Below, piece after piece: positions 29,653 to 37,619 of a stretch of 64,000 nucleotides of DNA (its first letter is position 1; every line of letters starts with the position of its first letter). Below the pieces are notes generated by a model. It ran no database searches. It saw nothing but the letters and a program-made list of their open reading frames with translations, and was not told the origin of the DNA. The DNA lies in assembly GCA_013374855.1 (NCBI GenBank), contig CP055308.1:532071-596070 (forward strand). Reading direction: 5' to 3'. A program made the translations under genes and the position numbers. The stretch is from Candidatus Woesebacteria bacterium (lineage in GTDB: Bacteria; Patescibacteriota; Microgenomatia; UBA8517).

Positions 29653-29670
29653 GGGAGCCTCCTTTAAAGG
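29646..29670. repeat. REP-like 25-bp imperfect palindrome, copy 1 (cctttaagggagcctcctttaaagg), in inverted orientation relative to copies 2, 3 and 5
   Basis: Stem arms CCTTTAAGGGAG / CTCCTTTAAAGG. It sits in the 11-nt gap between the GT2 stop (29652) and the transposase 3' end, which lies on the other strand. Confidence 0.7.
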
Positions 29671-30362
29671 TCAATGGCAATTTTTTCTATTAGTTTTAAT
29701 GATATTGGCTCATTTTCTTCCCCTTCTACAAATTTTTGATAATTTTTGGTTTTTTTGAATTCTGGGGCTATAGATTTTTCAAAGAAGTTAAGTATAATTT
29801 CAGGTTTTAGCCAAATTGTCTTTCTTAATCTTAAATAATCGGCATAAGATGAGTACCAATTTATTAGATCTTTTGTTTTTTCTAATGGATTTTTGTGTAT
29901 GTATCTTGATAAGTGAAGGAGCTGCTCATCATTTTTTATTAGTACAGCTTTATAGTGTCCTTGGAATAATTTGCCCACCCTTTTGTATTTTTTGTTGAAG
30001 TACATAGAATATCTTGTTAATACCGAACGCATAAAGCTCTCCAGTAATCTTTTTTCGGACTGTCTTATTATAAGATGAAAATGATTTGGCATAAGACAGT
30101 AGGCAATTAGATCAACACGTTGATAATAATTTTTTGGCATTCTTGGAATACCTTTAAAGGAGGCTCCCTGCAAGATGAAGGTTTTTTCGATTTTTTCTGG
30201 GGGAGGTGGTTTGGTGAGTGATTCCTTTAGATATTTAAGAAACACTTTGTAATCTTGATCGTCTAAAAATATTTTTCTTTTTTCTACTCCTCTGTTATAT
30301 ACGTGGTAGTAGCTGTTTTCTACATATATCTTAATGGAATTTTTCTGTGGCATGGCCTTCAT
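29664..30362 (-). CDS. IS200/IS605-type Y1 (HuH) tyrosine transposase, REP-associated (RAYT-like)
   Basis: YHVYNRG ... CLMPNHFHLII (HuH) ... GKLFQGHYKAVLI ... SRYIHKNPLE (catalytic Tyr helix). It is about 230 aa and is flanked on both sides by REP-like palindromes. Confidence 0.75.
   Translation of the reverse strand: MKAMPQKNSIKIYVENSYYHVYNRGVEKRKIFLDDQDYKVFLKYLKESLTKPPPPEKIEKTFILQGASFKGIPRMPKNYYQRVDLIAYCLMPNHFHLIIRQSEKRLLESFMRSVLTRYSMYFNKKYKRVGKLFQGHYKAVLIKNDEQLLHLSRYIHKNPLEKTKDLINWYSSYADYLRLRKTIWLKPEIILNFFEKSIAPEFKKTKNYQKFVEGEENEPISLKLIEKIAIDL
30151..30174. repeat. REP-like palindrome, copy 2 (cctttaaaggaggctccctgcaag), located inside the transposase CDS, where it encodes LQGASFKGI
   Basis: Identical over about 30 nt, flanks included, to copy 3. 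Confidence 0.65.
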
Positions 30363-30371
30363 ATTATATTA

Positions 30372-30396
30372 CCTTTAAAGGAGGCTCCCTGCAAGG
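30372..30396. repeat. REP-like palindrome, copy 3 (cctttaaaggaggctccctgcaagg), immediately upstream of the transposase start
   Basis: It begins 10 nt beyond the transposase start codon, at 30362 on the minus strand. Confidence 0.7.
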
Positions 30397-30436
30397 TGGA
30401 ATTATGGTGGATTTATGATTATCATTAGTAAATACA

Positions 30437-31183
30437 ATGGATATTAAAGGAAAAAATGTTTTGATTCTTGGGGCAACAGGTGGTATTGGTAGGCATCTTG
30501 CTTTTGCCTTTGCCTCAAGGGGGGCAAACCTTTTGCTTTCAGGTAGGAGGAAGATGATACTTAGTGCTTTAGAAAGAGAATTAAAAAATTTATCTGTTTT
30601 GGTAAAGACATATTCGCTTGATGTTACAAGAGAAGCTGATTTTGTTTTTTTAACAAGGAAAATTAAAAAAGATTTTAAAAACATTGATGTCTTGATAAAT
30701 GCTTTTGGGGTGGGGGTTTATAAAAGTCTTGAGGAAACAAGTTTTGGTGATTTTAAGAAGTCATTAGATGTAAATTTGAGTGGGGTTTTTCTTTCGATAA
30801 AGTATTTCTTGCCATTTCTTAAAAAATCTCCAAAAGCTTATGTGATAAGTTTGGGTTCGGGCATGGGCAAAGTGGGGGTGGCTAAAAGGTTGGCATATTG
30901 TGCTAGCAAATTTGGTCTTCGAGGTTTGATGCTTTCTCTTGCTAAAGAGTATAAGGGCAAAAATATTAAGTTTTGTCTTTTTACTTTAGGTAGTGTGCTT
31001 ACTTCTTTCGGACCCCTTACTTTGGAAGAGAAAATTGAAAAACAAAAAGAAGGTAAAAATTATTTAGATCCTGTGCAATTGGCAAAGACAATTGTATCAA
31101 AAATAGAAAATGATACTTTGATTGAAGAAACTACTATTTATCCCAAGGATTATTATAAAGAAAGCAAGAAAGGAATAGTTTGA
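30437..31183 (+). CDS. Classical short-chain dehydrogenase/reductase (SDR) family oxidoreductase
   Basis: The N-terminus has LGATGGIGRHLA (TGxxxGxG). YCASKFGLRG is the YxxxK motif. It is about 248 aa. Confidence 0.7.
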   Translation: MDIKGKNVLILGATGGIGRHLAFAFASRGANLLLSGRRKMILSALERELKNLSVLVKTYSLDVTREADFVFLTRKIKKDFKNIDVLINAFGVGVYKSLEETSFGDFKKSLDVNLSGVFLSIKYFLPFLKKSPKAYVISLGSGMGKVGVAKRLAYCASKFGLRGLMLSLAKEYKGKNIKFCLFTLGSVLTSFGPLTLEEKIEKQKEGKNYLDPVQLAKTIVSKIENDTLIEETTIYPKDYYKESKKGIV

Positions 31184-32226
31184 TGAAAAAAATTGCCATA
31201 GATGCAGGCCCGCTGAAAACAGGCGATTCAGTTCGAGGAATTGGAGTTTATACAAGAGAGCTGATATATTATTTGCAAGAGATAATAAAAAAAGATAAAA
31301 ATTCTGTTGAAGTATCTCTTCTTGATTATTCTTTAGGTAATTTTGGAAAGATAGATTTTAAGAGGTATGATGTTGTTCATTTTACTCGTTTTAATCCATT
31401 TTTATTAAATGTACCTTTGGGATTGTTGGGAAATAAAAAAACTAAATTTGTTTTGACTATTTATGATGTTATCCCCTTAATTTATCCTGATCATTACCCG
31501 CCCGGCATAAGGGGTAGGATAAATTGGGAAATTAATAGATATTTGATTAAGAGAAAGATTGATTCCGTAATTACTATTTCTGAAACTTCAAAAAGTGATA
31601 TTTGTGATTTTATTGGGATACCTCCTGATAAGGTAAGTGCAATTTATTTAGCTCCCAGAAAGATTTTTAAAAAACTCGCGTTGGGTAGTTGGCAATCAGA
31701 AATTAGGGAAAAATTTAGTTTGCCCTCTCATTTTGTTCTTTATGTTGGTGATATTAATTACAATAAGAATATTCCTAATTTGGTTAAGGCTTGTAAAAAA
31801 GCTGGTTTGCATTTGGTTATAGCAGGAAAGCAAGCAAAGGAAATAGAAAATATGGATTTGAATCATCCAGAACTTGTTCATTTAAAAGAAGTTGATTGGT
31901 CGAGAGTTCTGCGACTTGGTTTTGTTCAAGATGAGGATCTGGTTAAAATTTACAATCTAGCAGATGTTTATGTACAACCATCTTTTTACGAGGGTTTTGG
32001 TCTGCCAGTTTTGGAAGCTCTAGCTTGTGGTACTCCAATAGCTTGCTCAAATACAAAGGCTTTAGTTGAGATTTTGGGAAATGGTGTATCTTATTTTGAC
32101 CCTTATGATGTAGATGATATGGTAAAGAAGATTTTATCTCCTTCAAAAAAGGTTGATTTACCAAGAAAATATTCTTGGCAGAAAACAGCGGAAGAAACAC
32201 TAAGAGTTTATCAAAGCCTGCTTTAG
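31180..32226 (+). CDS. GT4 glycosyltransferase
   Basis: VYVQPSFYEGFGLPVLEALACGTPIACSN. It has an ATGA overlap with the SDR gene. Confidence 0.7.
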   Translation: MMKKIAIDAGPLKTGDSVRGIGVYTRELIYYLQEIIKKDKNSVEVSLLDYSLGNFGKIDFKRYDVVHFTRFNPFLLNVPLGLLGNKKTKFVLTIYDVIPLIYPDHYPPGIRGRINWEINRYLIKRKIDSVITISETSKSDICDFIGIPPDKVSAIYLAPRKIFKKLALGSWQSEIREKFSLPSHFVLYVGDINYNKNIPNLVKACKKAGLHLVIAGKQAKEIENMDLNHPELVHLKEVDWSRVLRLGFVQDEDLVKIYNLADVYVQPSFYEGFGLPVLEALACGTPIACSNTKALVEILGNGVSYFDPYDVDDMVKKILSPSKKVDLPRKYSWQKTAEETLRVYQSLL

Positions 32227-32232
32227 TTTATT

Positions 32233-33522
32233 ATGAGGCTAAAGGATTTGACTTTCTTTAAAATCTTTTCTTGGTTTTTGTTATGGCGTATTTTTTTTAT
32301 TGCGTTTTTATCTGTTTTTTTCATACCCAAGTATGGCGCTACTTTTCCTTATGTAGAAAGAGTTTTGGAGATTACAAAATTGCCTAATTGGGTTTGGGGT
32401 TTTGGTGGTTTTGACGGAGTTCATTATTTGAGGATCGCTCAAGACGGTTATAAAGCAGCAGTTTATATACCTGCTTTTTTTCCTGTTTTCCCTCTAGTTA
32501 TTAGGTATTTTGCCTATCTTTTACCAAAAGATTATTCTCTAATTGATATTTATGTTGATCCTGCTTTTTTTTACGCAGGGATTTTTCTTTCTAATATTTT
32601 TTTCCTTATGGCTTTATTTCTTTTGTATAAACTTTTTATAATTGATTTTGATAAAAAAAACTCAAAACTTGCTCTTTTATTTTTGCTCTTATTTCCAACA
32701 TCTTTTTATTTTGGGTCTATTTATACAGAATCTTTGTTTTTGCTTTTAACTGTTATAACTTTCTATTTTGCAAGGAGAAGAAATTTTATTCTTGCGGGTG
32801 TTTTTGCTTCAATTGCCTCGGCTACTCGCTTTGCTGGCATATTTTTGTTTCCTGCCATTTTATTTGAATTATATTTGGCTATTAGGAATAAGGAAATTAA
32901 TCCTAGAAGTGTAAATTTTCTTTTTTCTCTTATTGGGGTACTAGTTTCTCCACTCGGATTGATTTTGTATATGTTTTACCTTTGGAGAGAGTTTTCTGAT
33001 CCTTTATATTTTATTTCAGCTCAACCTTATTTTGGAGCCCAAAGGTCTTCTAATATTATACTTTTACCTCAGGTTATCTATCGTTATATAAAGATATTTT
33101 TTGACATACCATTATTTTCATTACAGTTTTTTAATTCTTTTCTGGAGTTTGTTTTTTCTCTTGGTGCGATAACTTTAATTTTTCTGTATTTTAAAAAGAT
33201 TCGTTTTAGTTATTTTATATTTACTTTGTTTTCAATTATTACTCCCACTTTAACCGGTTCTTTTTCGTCTATGCCCAGATATGTTTTGCAAAGTTTTTTA
33301 ATTTTCCCTGTTTTAGTTCGCGCAATGGGGCGGTATAGAAGATTTTTTTTTTATAATTTCTGCTATTCTGGGAACAGTGCTTTTGACTCTTTTTATAAGG
33401 GGTTATTGGGTGGCGTAGAATTAAGAGAGCAGGAGAGTTGTAAGTTGGTTGTTGTTTGTTGTCTGTTCGCGCCAGCGGTAGTTGCTTTTACTTTTGTTTT
33501 GGTTATAAAATTACTCTTGTGA
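32233..33522 (+). CDS. Polytopic membrane protein, GPI-mannosyltransferase-2 (PIG-V, GT76)-like GT-C
   Basis: GFDGVHYLRIAQDGYK resembles the W/F-D..HYL.IA..GY signature of the Mannosyl_trans2 family. It is multi-TM. The C-terminal roughly 60 codons may be over-extension into the gmd start region. Confidence 0.4.
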   Translation: MRLKDLTFFKIFSWFLLWRIFFIAFLSVFFIPKYGATFPYVERVLEITKLPNWVWGFGGFDGVHYLRIAQDGYKAAVYIPAFFPVFPLVIRYFAYLLPKDYSLIDIYVDPAFFYAGIFLSNIFFLMALFLLYKLFIIDFDKKNSKLALLFLLLFPTSFYFGSIYTESLFLLLTVITFYFARRRNFILAGVFASIASATRFAGIFLFPAILFELYLAIRNKEINPRSVNFLFSLIGVLVSPLGLILYMFYLWREFSDPLYFISAQPYFGAQRSSNIILLPQVIYRYIKIFFDIPLFSLQFFNSFLEFVFSLGAITLIFLYFKKIRFSYFIFTLFSIITPTLTGSFSSMPRYVLQSFLIFPVLVRAMGRYRRFFFYNFCYSGNSAFDSFYKGLLGGVELREQESCKLVVVCCLFAPAVVAFTFVLVIKLLL

Positions 33523-34529
33523 AGAAAAAAAAGAAAGCGCTGATCACAGGAATTACAGGACAGGACGGTTCTTACTTGGCCGAATTTCTTCTTAAGAAGG
33601 GTTATGAGGTTTCCGGAATTGTCAGGAAAACTAGCCACTTTTATTATGCCAATATTGCCCATATTCAGCACGAACTTCATTTGATTCAGGCGGATTTGTT
33701 AGACCCAGTCTCCATAAGGGAGGTGATGCAAAAAGTTCAGCCTGATGAAATCTATAATCTTGCTTCCCAATCACATCCTGCAGAGTCTTTTCGCCAACCA
33801 ATTCACACAGCAGAAATAACAGGGATAGGTGCCCATCGTGTAATGGATGCCGCACTTGATGTTGTTCCTAATGCTAGGTTTTATCAGGCTTCCTCAAGTG
33901 AAATGTTTGGTTGGGTTAAAGAAATTCCTCAAAACGAAGAAACCGCTTTCAATCCTGCCAATCCGTATGCAGCAGCAAAGCTCTACGCACACAACATTGC
34001 AAAAATTTACAGAAGAAGCTATAAAATGTTTATTTCCTGCGGGATTCTTTTTAATCATGAGTCTCCTCGCAGAGGTTTGGGTTTTGTAACTCAAAAAGTA
34101 ACTTATGCCGCAGCTTGCGCTAAGCTTGGTATTAAAACAAGCCAACACTTGAATGAAGAAGGAGAGCCAATGGTAAGAAATGGTAAAGTAGCGCTTGGTA
34201 ATTTGGAGGCAAAAAGGGATTGGGGATTTGCTGGCGATTATGTTGAGAGTATGTGGCTTATGTTGCAACACAAAGAACCTGACGATTTTGTAGTCGGAAC
34301 AGGAGAAACTCATACAATAGCAGAGCTTTGCGAAGAAGCTTTTTCTTATGTTGGTCTTGATTGGAAGAAATATGTAGTAGTTGATCAGCGTTTTGTTAGA
34401 CCAACAGAAACAGGTCCTTTGGTTGCTGATTATTCAAAAGCAAAGAAAGTTCTGGGTTGGAAGCCAAAAACATCATTTAGTCGGCTTGTTAGGATGCTGG
34501 TTGATGCTCACATTGCAAGACTAAAGTAG
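33519..34529 (+). CDS. gmd: GDP-mannose 4,6-dehydratase
   Basis: KKALITGITGQDGSYLAEFLLKKGYEVSGIVRK...QPDEIYNLASQSHPAESFRQPIHTAEITGIGAHRVMDA is a strong match to the Gmd N-terminal Rossmann and active-site regions. There is a GTG start that overlaps the upstream stop (GTGA). Confidence 0.88.
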   Translation: MKKKKKALITGITGQDGSYLAEFLLKKGYEVSGIVRKTSHFYYANIAHIQHELHLIQADLLDPVSIREVMQKVQPDEIYNLASQSHPAESFRQPIHTAEITGIGAHRVMDAALDVVPNARFYQASSSEMFGWVKEIPQNEETAFNPANPYAAAKLYAHNIAKIYRRSYKMFISCGILFNHESPRRGLGFVTQKVTYAAACAKLGIKTSQHLNEEGEPMVRNGKVALGNLEAKRDWGFAGDYVESMWLMLQHKEPDDFVVGTGETHTIAELCEEAFSYVGLDWKKYVVVDQRFVRPTETGPLVADYSKAKKVLGWKPKTSFSRLVRMLVDAHIARLK

Positions 34530-34533
34530 CTTA

Positions 34534-35670
34534 ATGCTCGGAAAGAAAGATTTTTTATTTTTGTTTTTCTTTACTTTTGTTTTTATTGCTTTTTCTTGGT
34601 TTTTAAACCCTTCATTTTTTCAGAGTCGCTTTGATGAAAGATTGATTTCTGATTATCTGCGCAGTCAGGATATTGAGGACAGGGAAGATAAGATAAAAGA
34701 CAGACTTTTTATTTCAGACGATAAAATTTATTTTGCAAGTGGTGTTCTTTATGCAAGAGGGGAGCCGCCAACAAAATTTAATTTTCAGCATCCGCCACTT
34801 TTGAAATATCTTTTTGGCTGGTCAACTATCCTTTTTGGTTCACCTTTTCCTATTCAGATTTTTTTCTCTTTAGCTTTTATTTTTCTTGTTTATTTTTTGG
34901 CATTTCTTGTTTTTAAAAACAGGTTGGTTGCATTTTTGGCTGTTTGTTTTTTGTTTTTAGACCCCGTTTTTTGGGAAACATCGCATTTAACACTTCTTGA
35001 TGTGGGGCAGGTGGTTTTTGCTTTGGCATTTTTAATTTTGTTTTTCTTTTATCCCAAAAGGATATTTTTGCAAGGAGTTTTTCTTGGTTTTCTTTTTGCA
35101 TCTAAATTTTGGAGCGTCAGTTTTCTATATTTTGCGTTTCTTGTGTTTTACATAATTTGGTTTTTTAAGGATAAAAGTTTTGTCAAAAGTTTGCCGATTT
35201 TGATTTTTGTTTCATTTCTAGTTTTTTCTTCTTTTTATATTAATTATTTTTTAAGCGGAAATAGTCTTTTTGATTTCTTGTTTTTGCAAGCAAGAACGGT
35301 TAAGTTTATGTTGACGCATAACAATACTAATAATTTTGGTAATTTATTTTTGCTTTTTATAAGCGGTCATTATCTTTCTTGGTGGGATGGGGGAATTTGG
35401 GTTAAATCTCAATTTTGGAACCCAATTTGGCCTATTTCTTTTTTGGCAAGTATTTTTCTTGCCTTTAAACTTTCAAAAAATAAGAAAGCTTGGTTTATTT
35501 TTATTTTTCCTGCTTTTTATTTTTTGGTGAATTTAACAAACACTGCCTTTACCCGTTATATTCTTTTTGTCCTTCCATTCCTTTATATTTCCCTTGCGTA
35601 TGGAATTAGCTTGTTAGTTAATTCAAAAGTCGGTAAAAGAGCGGGAGAGTTGAAGAGTAGAAGTTGTTAG
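34534..35670 (+). CDS. Polytopic membrane protein, GT-C (PMT/ArnT)-like
   Basis: FNFQHPPLLKYLFGWSTILFG is the hPPL.KYL motif of GT39/83. It has about 9 TM segments. The 3' end carries the left copy of the 26-bp direct repeat. Confidence 0.45.
   Translation: MLGKKDFLFLFFFTFVFIAFSWFLNPSFFQSRFDERLISDYLRSQDIEDREDKIKDRLFISDDKIYFASGVLYARGEPPTKFNFQHPPLLKYLFGWSTILFGSPFPIQIFFSLAFIFLVYFLAFLVFKNRLVAFLAVCFLFLDPVFWETSHLTLLDVGQVVFALAFLILFFFYPKRIFLQGVFLGFLFASKFWSVSFLYFAFLVFYIIWFFKDKSFVKSLPILIFVSFLVFSSFYINYFLSGNSLFDFLFLQARTVKFMLTHNNTNNFGNLFLLFISGHYLSWWDGGIWVKSQFWNPIWPISFLASIFLAFKLSKNKKAWFIFIFPAFYFLVNLTNTAFTRYILFVLPFLYISLAYGISLLVNSKVGKRAGELKSRSC
35638..35663. repeat. 26-bp direct repeat, left copy (agagcgggagagttgaagagtagaag)
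   Basis: 24 of 26 nt match the copy at 36133..36158. The two copies bracket the coiled-coil gene. Confidence 0.6.
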
Positions 35671-35729
35671 TTATTTTTATAGAGATAGATCTAGTTGACC
35701 GGTTGTTATTGTCGTGTTTTAATAAATCT

Positions 35730-36098
35730 ATGCCCCAAAGTGCCAAGCAAGATTATATAACTAAAGAATTTTTCAAAAAAACTATAGAGGAGATGACCGA
35801 TACAATAATTCGTGGGATGGATGGTATTCACTCGGATTTGGTTGCCAGGATTGATAACTTAGAAAAAAGAGTTTCCAGACTAGAGGATAAACTTTATCAG
35901 GTAGAGATTAGATTATCTAATTTAGAAAATGAGTTATCCGAACTTAAAATTAAAGTGGCTAGTTTAGATGTCAGGCTGGCTGATATAGAGAAGAGGATTA
36001 AAGCTTTGGATAGAAAGTTGGATTTGCAGAGGAAACGGTTAAAAGAACAGGTAACTCGCATTGATAGATTAGAGGCACTTCAATCTCATCCGGCTTAA
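35730..36098 (+). CDS. Hypothetical coiled-coil protein
   Basis: Heptad-rich LEKRVSRLEDKLYQVEIRLSNLENELSELKIKVASLDVRLADIEKRIKALDRKLDLQRKRLKEQ. I set the start at the internal ATG (MPQSAKQ). The ORF as given starts at 35664. Confidence 0.4.
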   Translation: MPQSAKQDYITKEFFKKTIEEMTDTIIRGMDGIHSDLVARIDNLEKRVSRLEDKLYQVEIRLSNLENELSELKIKVASLDVRLADIEKRIKALDRKLDLQRKRLKEQVTRIDRLEALQSHPA

Positions 36099-36132
36099 AA
36101 CCCAACGCTTTAGAGAAGAATCACTGGAGGTT

Positions 36133-36158
36133 AGAGCAAGAGAGTTGAAGAGTAGAAG
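36133..36158. repeat. 26-bp direct repeat, right copy (agagcaagagagttgaagagtagaag)
   Basis: Matches the copy at 35638..35663. Confidence 0.6.
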
Positions 36159-36359
36159 GGGGAAGAAAGTATTGTGTATTTTGTGTTATGTATATAGATT
36201 CAGTAATAAAATTCCAAATTCCAAATCACAAATCACAATTCATTATCCACTATTCACAAATTCCGTCTTGTTAATTGTTAATAGTTAATTGTTATCTAAA
36301 TTTATTTTTAGCATCTATGTCCTGAAACGAGTTAGACTGACAAGGATGGACATTGTCAG

Positions 36360-36647
36360 TTATTTGAAGCTAACGACTAATTTTGATCCGAGAGCTTTTG
36401 CAATTTTGTTGATCTGATTAATAGAGGGATTTGCGTTCATTGTTTCAATATTTGAGATGATGGCTTGAGAAGTTTTTGCTTTTTTTGCTAGTTCTCTTTG
36501 TGACATTTTTTTCGCTAATCTTTTTTGGATGATAGCTTTAGCCAATAGGTATTTTGGTTCTTCTTTTTCCCAAGCCTTTCTAAAACCTTCGTCTTTGATG
36601 GCTTCGTTGAAATATTGATCAAATGTGTAAATTTTATTTCTTGCCAT
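36360..36647 (-). CDS. XRE-family helix-turn-helix transcriptional regulator (HigA/antitoxin-like), apparently orphan
   Basis: MSQRELAKKAKTSQAIISNIETMNANPSINQINKIAKALG is a canonical HTH_XRE. It is 95 aa. Confidence 0.7.
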   Translation of the reverse strand: MARNKIYTFDQYFNEAIKDEGFRKAWEKEEPKYLLAKAIIQKRLAKKMSQRELAKKAKTSQAIISNIETMNANPSINQINKIAKALGSKLVVSFK

Positions 36648-36684
36648 ACTGGTTTTTCAAATCTCTAAATTGATACTTTATATA

Positions 36685-36722
36685 GTATAATAATAAACGG
36701 TTTGACTTTTTTGTCAAGCCGT
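36685..36722 (-). promoter_or_regulatory. Putative sigma70-type promoter (-35 TTGACA, then N17-19, then ATTATT/TATTAT) overlapped by the palindrome ACGGTTTGAC-T6-GTCAAGCCGT, a candidate operator for the XRE regulator
   Basis: On the minus strand the sequence reads acggcTTGACAaaaaagtcaaaccgtttATTATTATactata. This lies about 40-75 nt upstream of the ATG at 36647. The palindrome has 10-bp arms with 1 mismatch. Confidence 0.35.
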
Positions 36723-36787
36723 ATCTTTTTCCCACATCTTGAGGCGACTTAAGGCAATTTTTATTTCTTTGTGGGGTTTTGTTTTTA

Positions 36788-36812
36788 CCTTTAAGGGAGC
36801 CTCCTTTAAAGG
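36788..36812. repeat. REP-like palindrome, copy 4 (cctttaagggagcctcctttaaagg). It has the same orientation as copy 1 and is intergenic, upstream of the GT2 gene at 36849
   Basis: Identical 25-mer to copy 1. Confidence 0.7.
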
Positions 36813-36848
36813 TAGTGGTTTTGCGACTGATTAGTTTATAATAGCTTT

Positions 36849-37619
36849 ATGAAATCTTTTCCTAAGATCTCGATAGTTATTCCGTCTTTTAACAAGGTTG
36901 AGTTTGTGGAGGAAACTCTAAGGTCTATTGTTGTTCAAAGATACCCCAACCTTGAGGTTATAATCCAAGATGGTGGTTCTACTGACGGAACTTTGGAGAT
37001 ATTAAAAAGGTATGCTAAAAAATACCCTAAAATTTTTAAGCTGGAAAGTAAAAAAGATAAAGGCCAATTGGATGCGATAAACAAAGGTCTTTCAAAGGCA
37101 AGTGGGGAAATAGTTTCTTTTATAAATGCAGATGATGTTTATGAAAAAGGTGCATTGAAAAAAGTAGCAGAAGCGTATCTTAAAAATCCTGATAGGCTTT
37201 GGTTTGCTGGAAAAGGAAGGGTAATAGATAAAAAAGGAAAAGAAATTGCCAAAATTGCCACTTGGTATAAGAGCTTTCTTTTATCTTTAAATAAAAAATA
37301 TTTAATTCTTGTTCTTAATTATTTGATGCAACCTTCTGTTTTTTTGACAAAGAAGGCTTACCAAAAGTATGGGCCATTTACCGGCACAAAGACTGCGGTT
37401 ATGGAGTATGACCTTTGGTTAAAACTTTTCCAAGTGCAAAAGCCTGTTGTTATACCTTTTTTTCTTTCTTCCTTTCGCCTTTATCCGGGCTCTATCTCGA
37501 CTTCTAAAATAAAGGAAATGATGAAAGAAGATGAAAAAATTGTTAAAAAATACACAAGAAATCCTTTAATAATTTTATTTCACAGAATTCACAATTTAGC
37601 AAGGTCTATTTGGGCTTGA
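36849..37619 (+). CDS. GT2 glycosyltransferase
   Basis: ISIVIPSFNKVEFVEETLRSIVVQRYPNLEVIIQDGGSTDGT...INADDV. Confidence 0.7.
   Translation: MKSFPKISIVIPSFNKVEFVEETLRSIVVQRYPNLEVIIQDGGSTDGTLEILKRYAKKYPKIFKLESKKDKGQLDAINKGLSKASGEIVSFINADDVYEKGALKKVAEAYLKNPDRLWFAGKGRVIDKKGKEIAKIATWYKSFLLSLNKKYLILVLNYLMQPSVFLTKKAYQKYGPFTGTKTAVMEYDLWLKLFQVQKPVVIPFFLSSFRLYPGSISTSKIKEMMKEDEKIVKKYTRNPLIILFHRIHNLARSIWA

Noticed and set aside
29646-29670. The palindromes as rho-independent terminators, since copies 1 and 4 sit at gene boundaries
   Set aside because: No T-tract follows either hairpin, and other copies lie inside CDSs. The transposase association explains them better, although a secondary terminator role is not excluded.
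29573-29758. A 61-aa ORF and similar ORFs at 52455 (minus) and 52482 (plus), all containing GASFKG-like peptides
   Set aside because: The shared peptide is just the translation of the 25-bp REP-like palindrome in different frames. It is not a conserved protein.
30364-30684. A 106-aa minus-strand ORF upstream of the transposase
   Set aside because: It is antisense to the N-terminus of the SDR gene, which is well supported by its Rossmann motif. It also runs through REP copy 3.
36330-36358. The hairpin ACTGACAA-N10-TTGTCAGT just past the XRE gene stop as a terminator
   Set aside because: The stem is short (8 bp) and no U-run follows on the transcribed strand. It is too weak to annotate.
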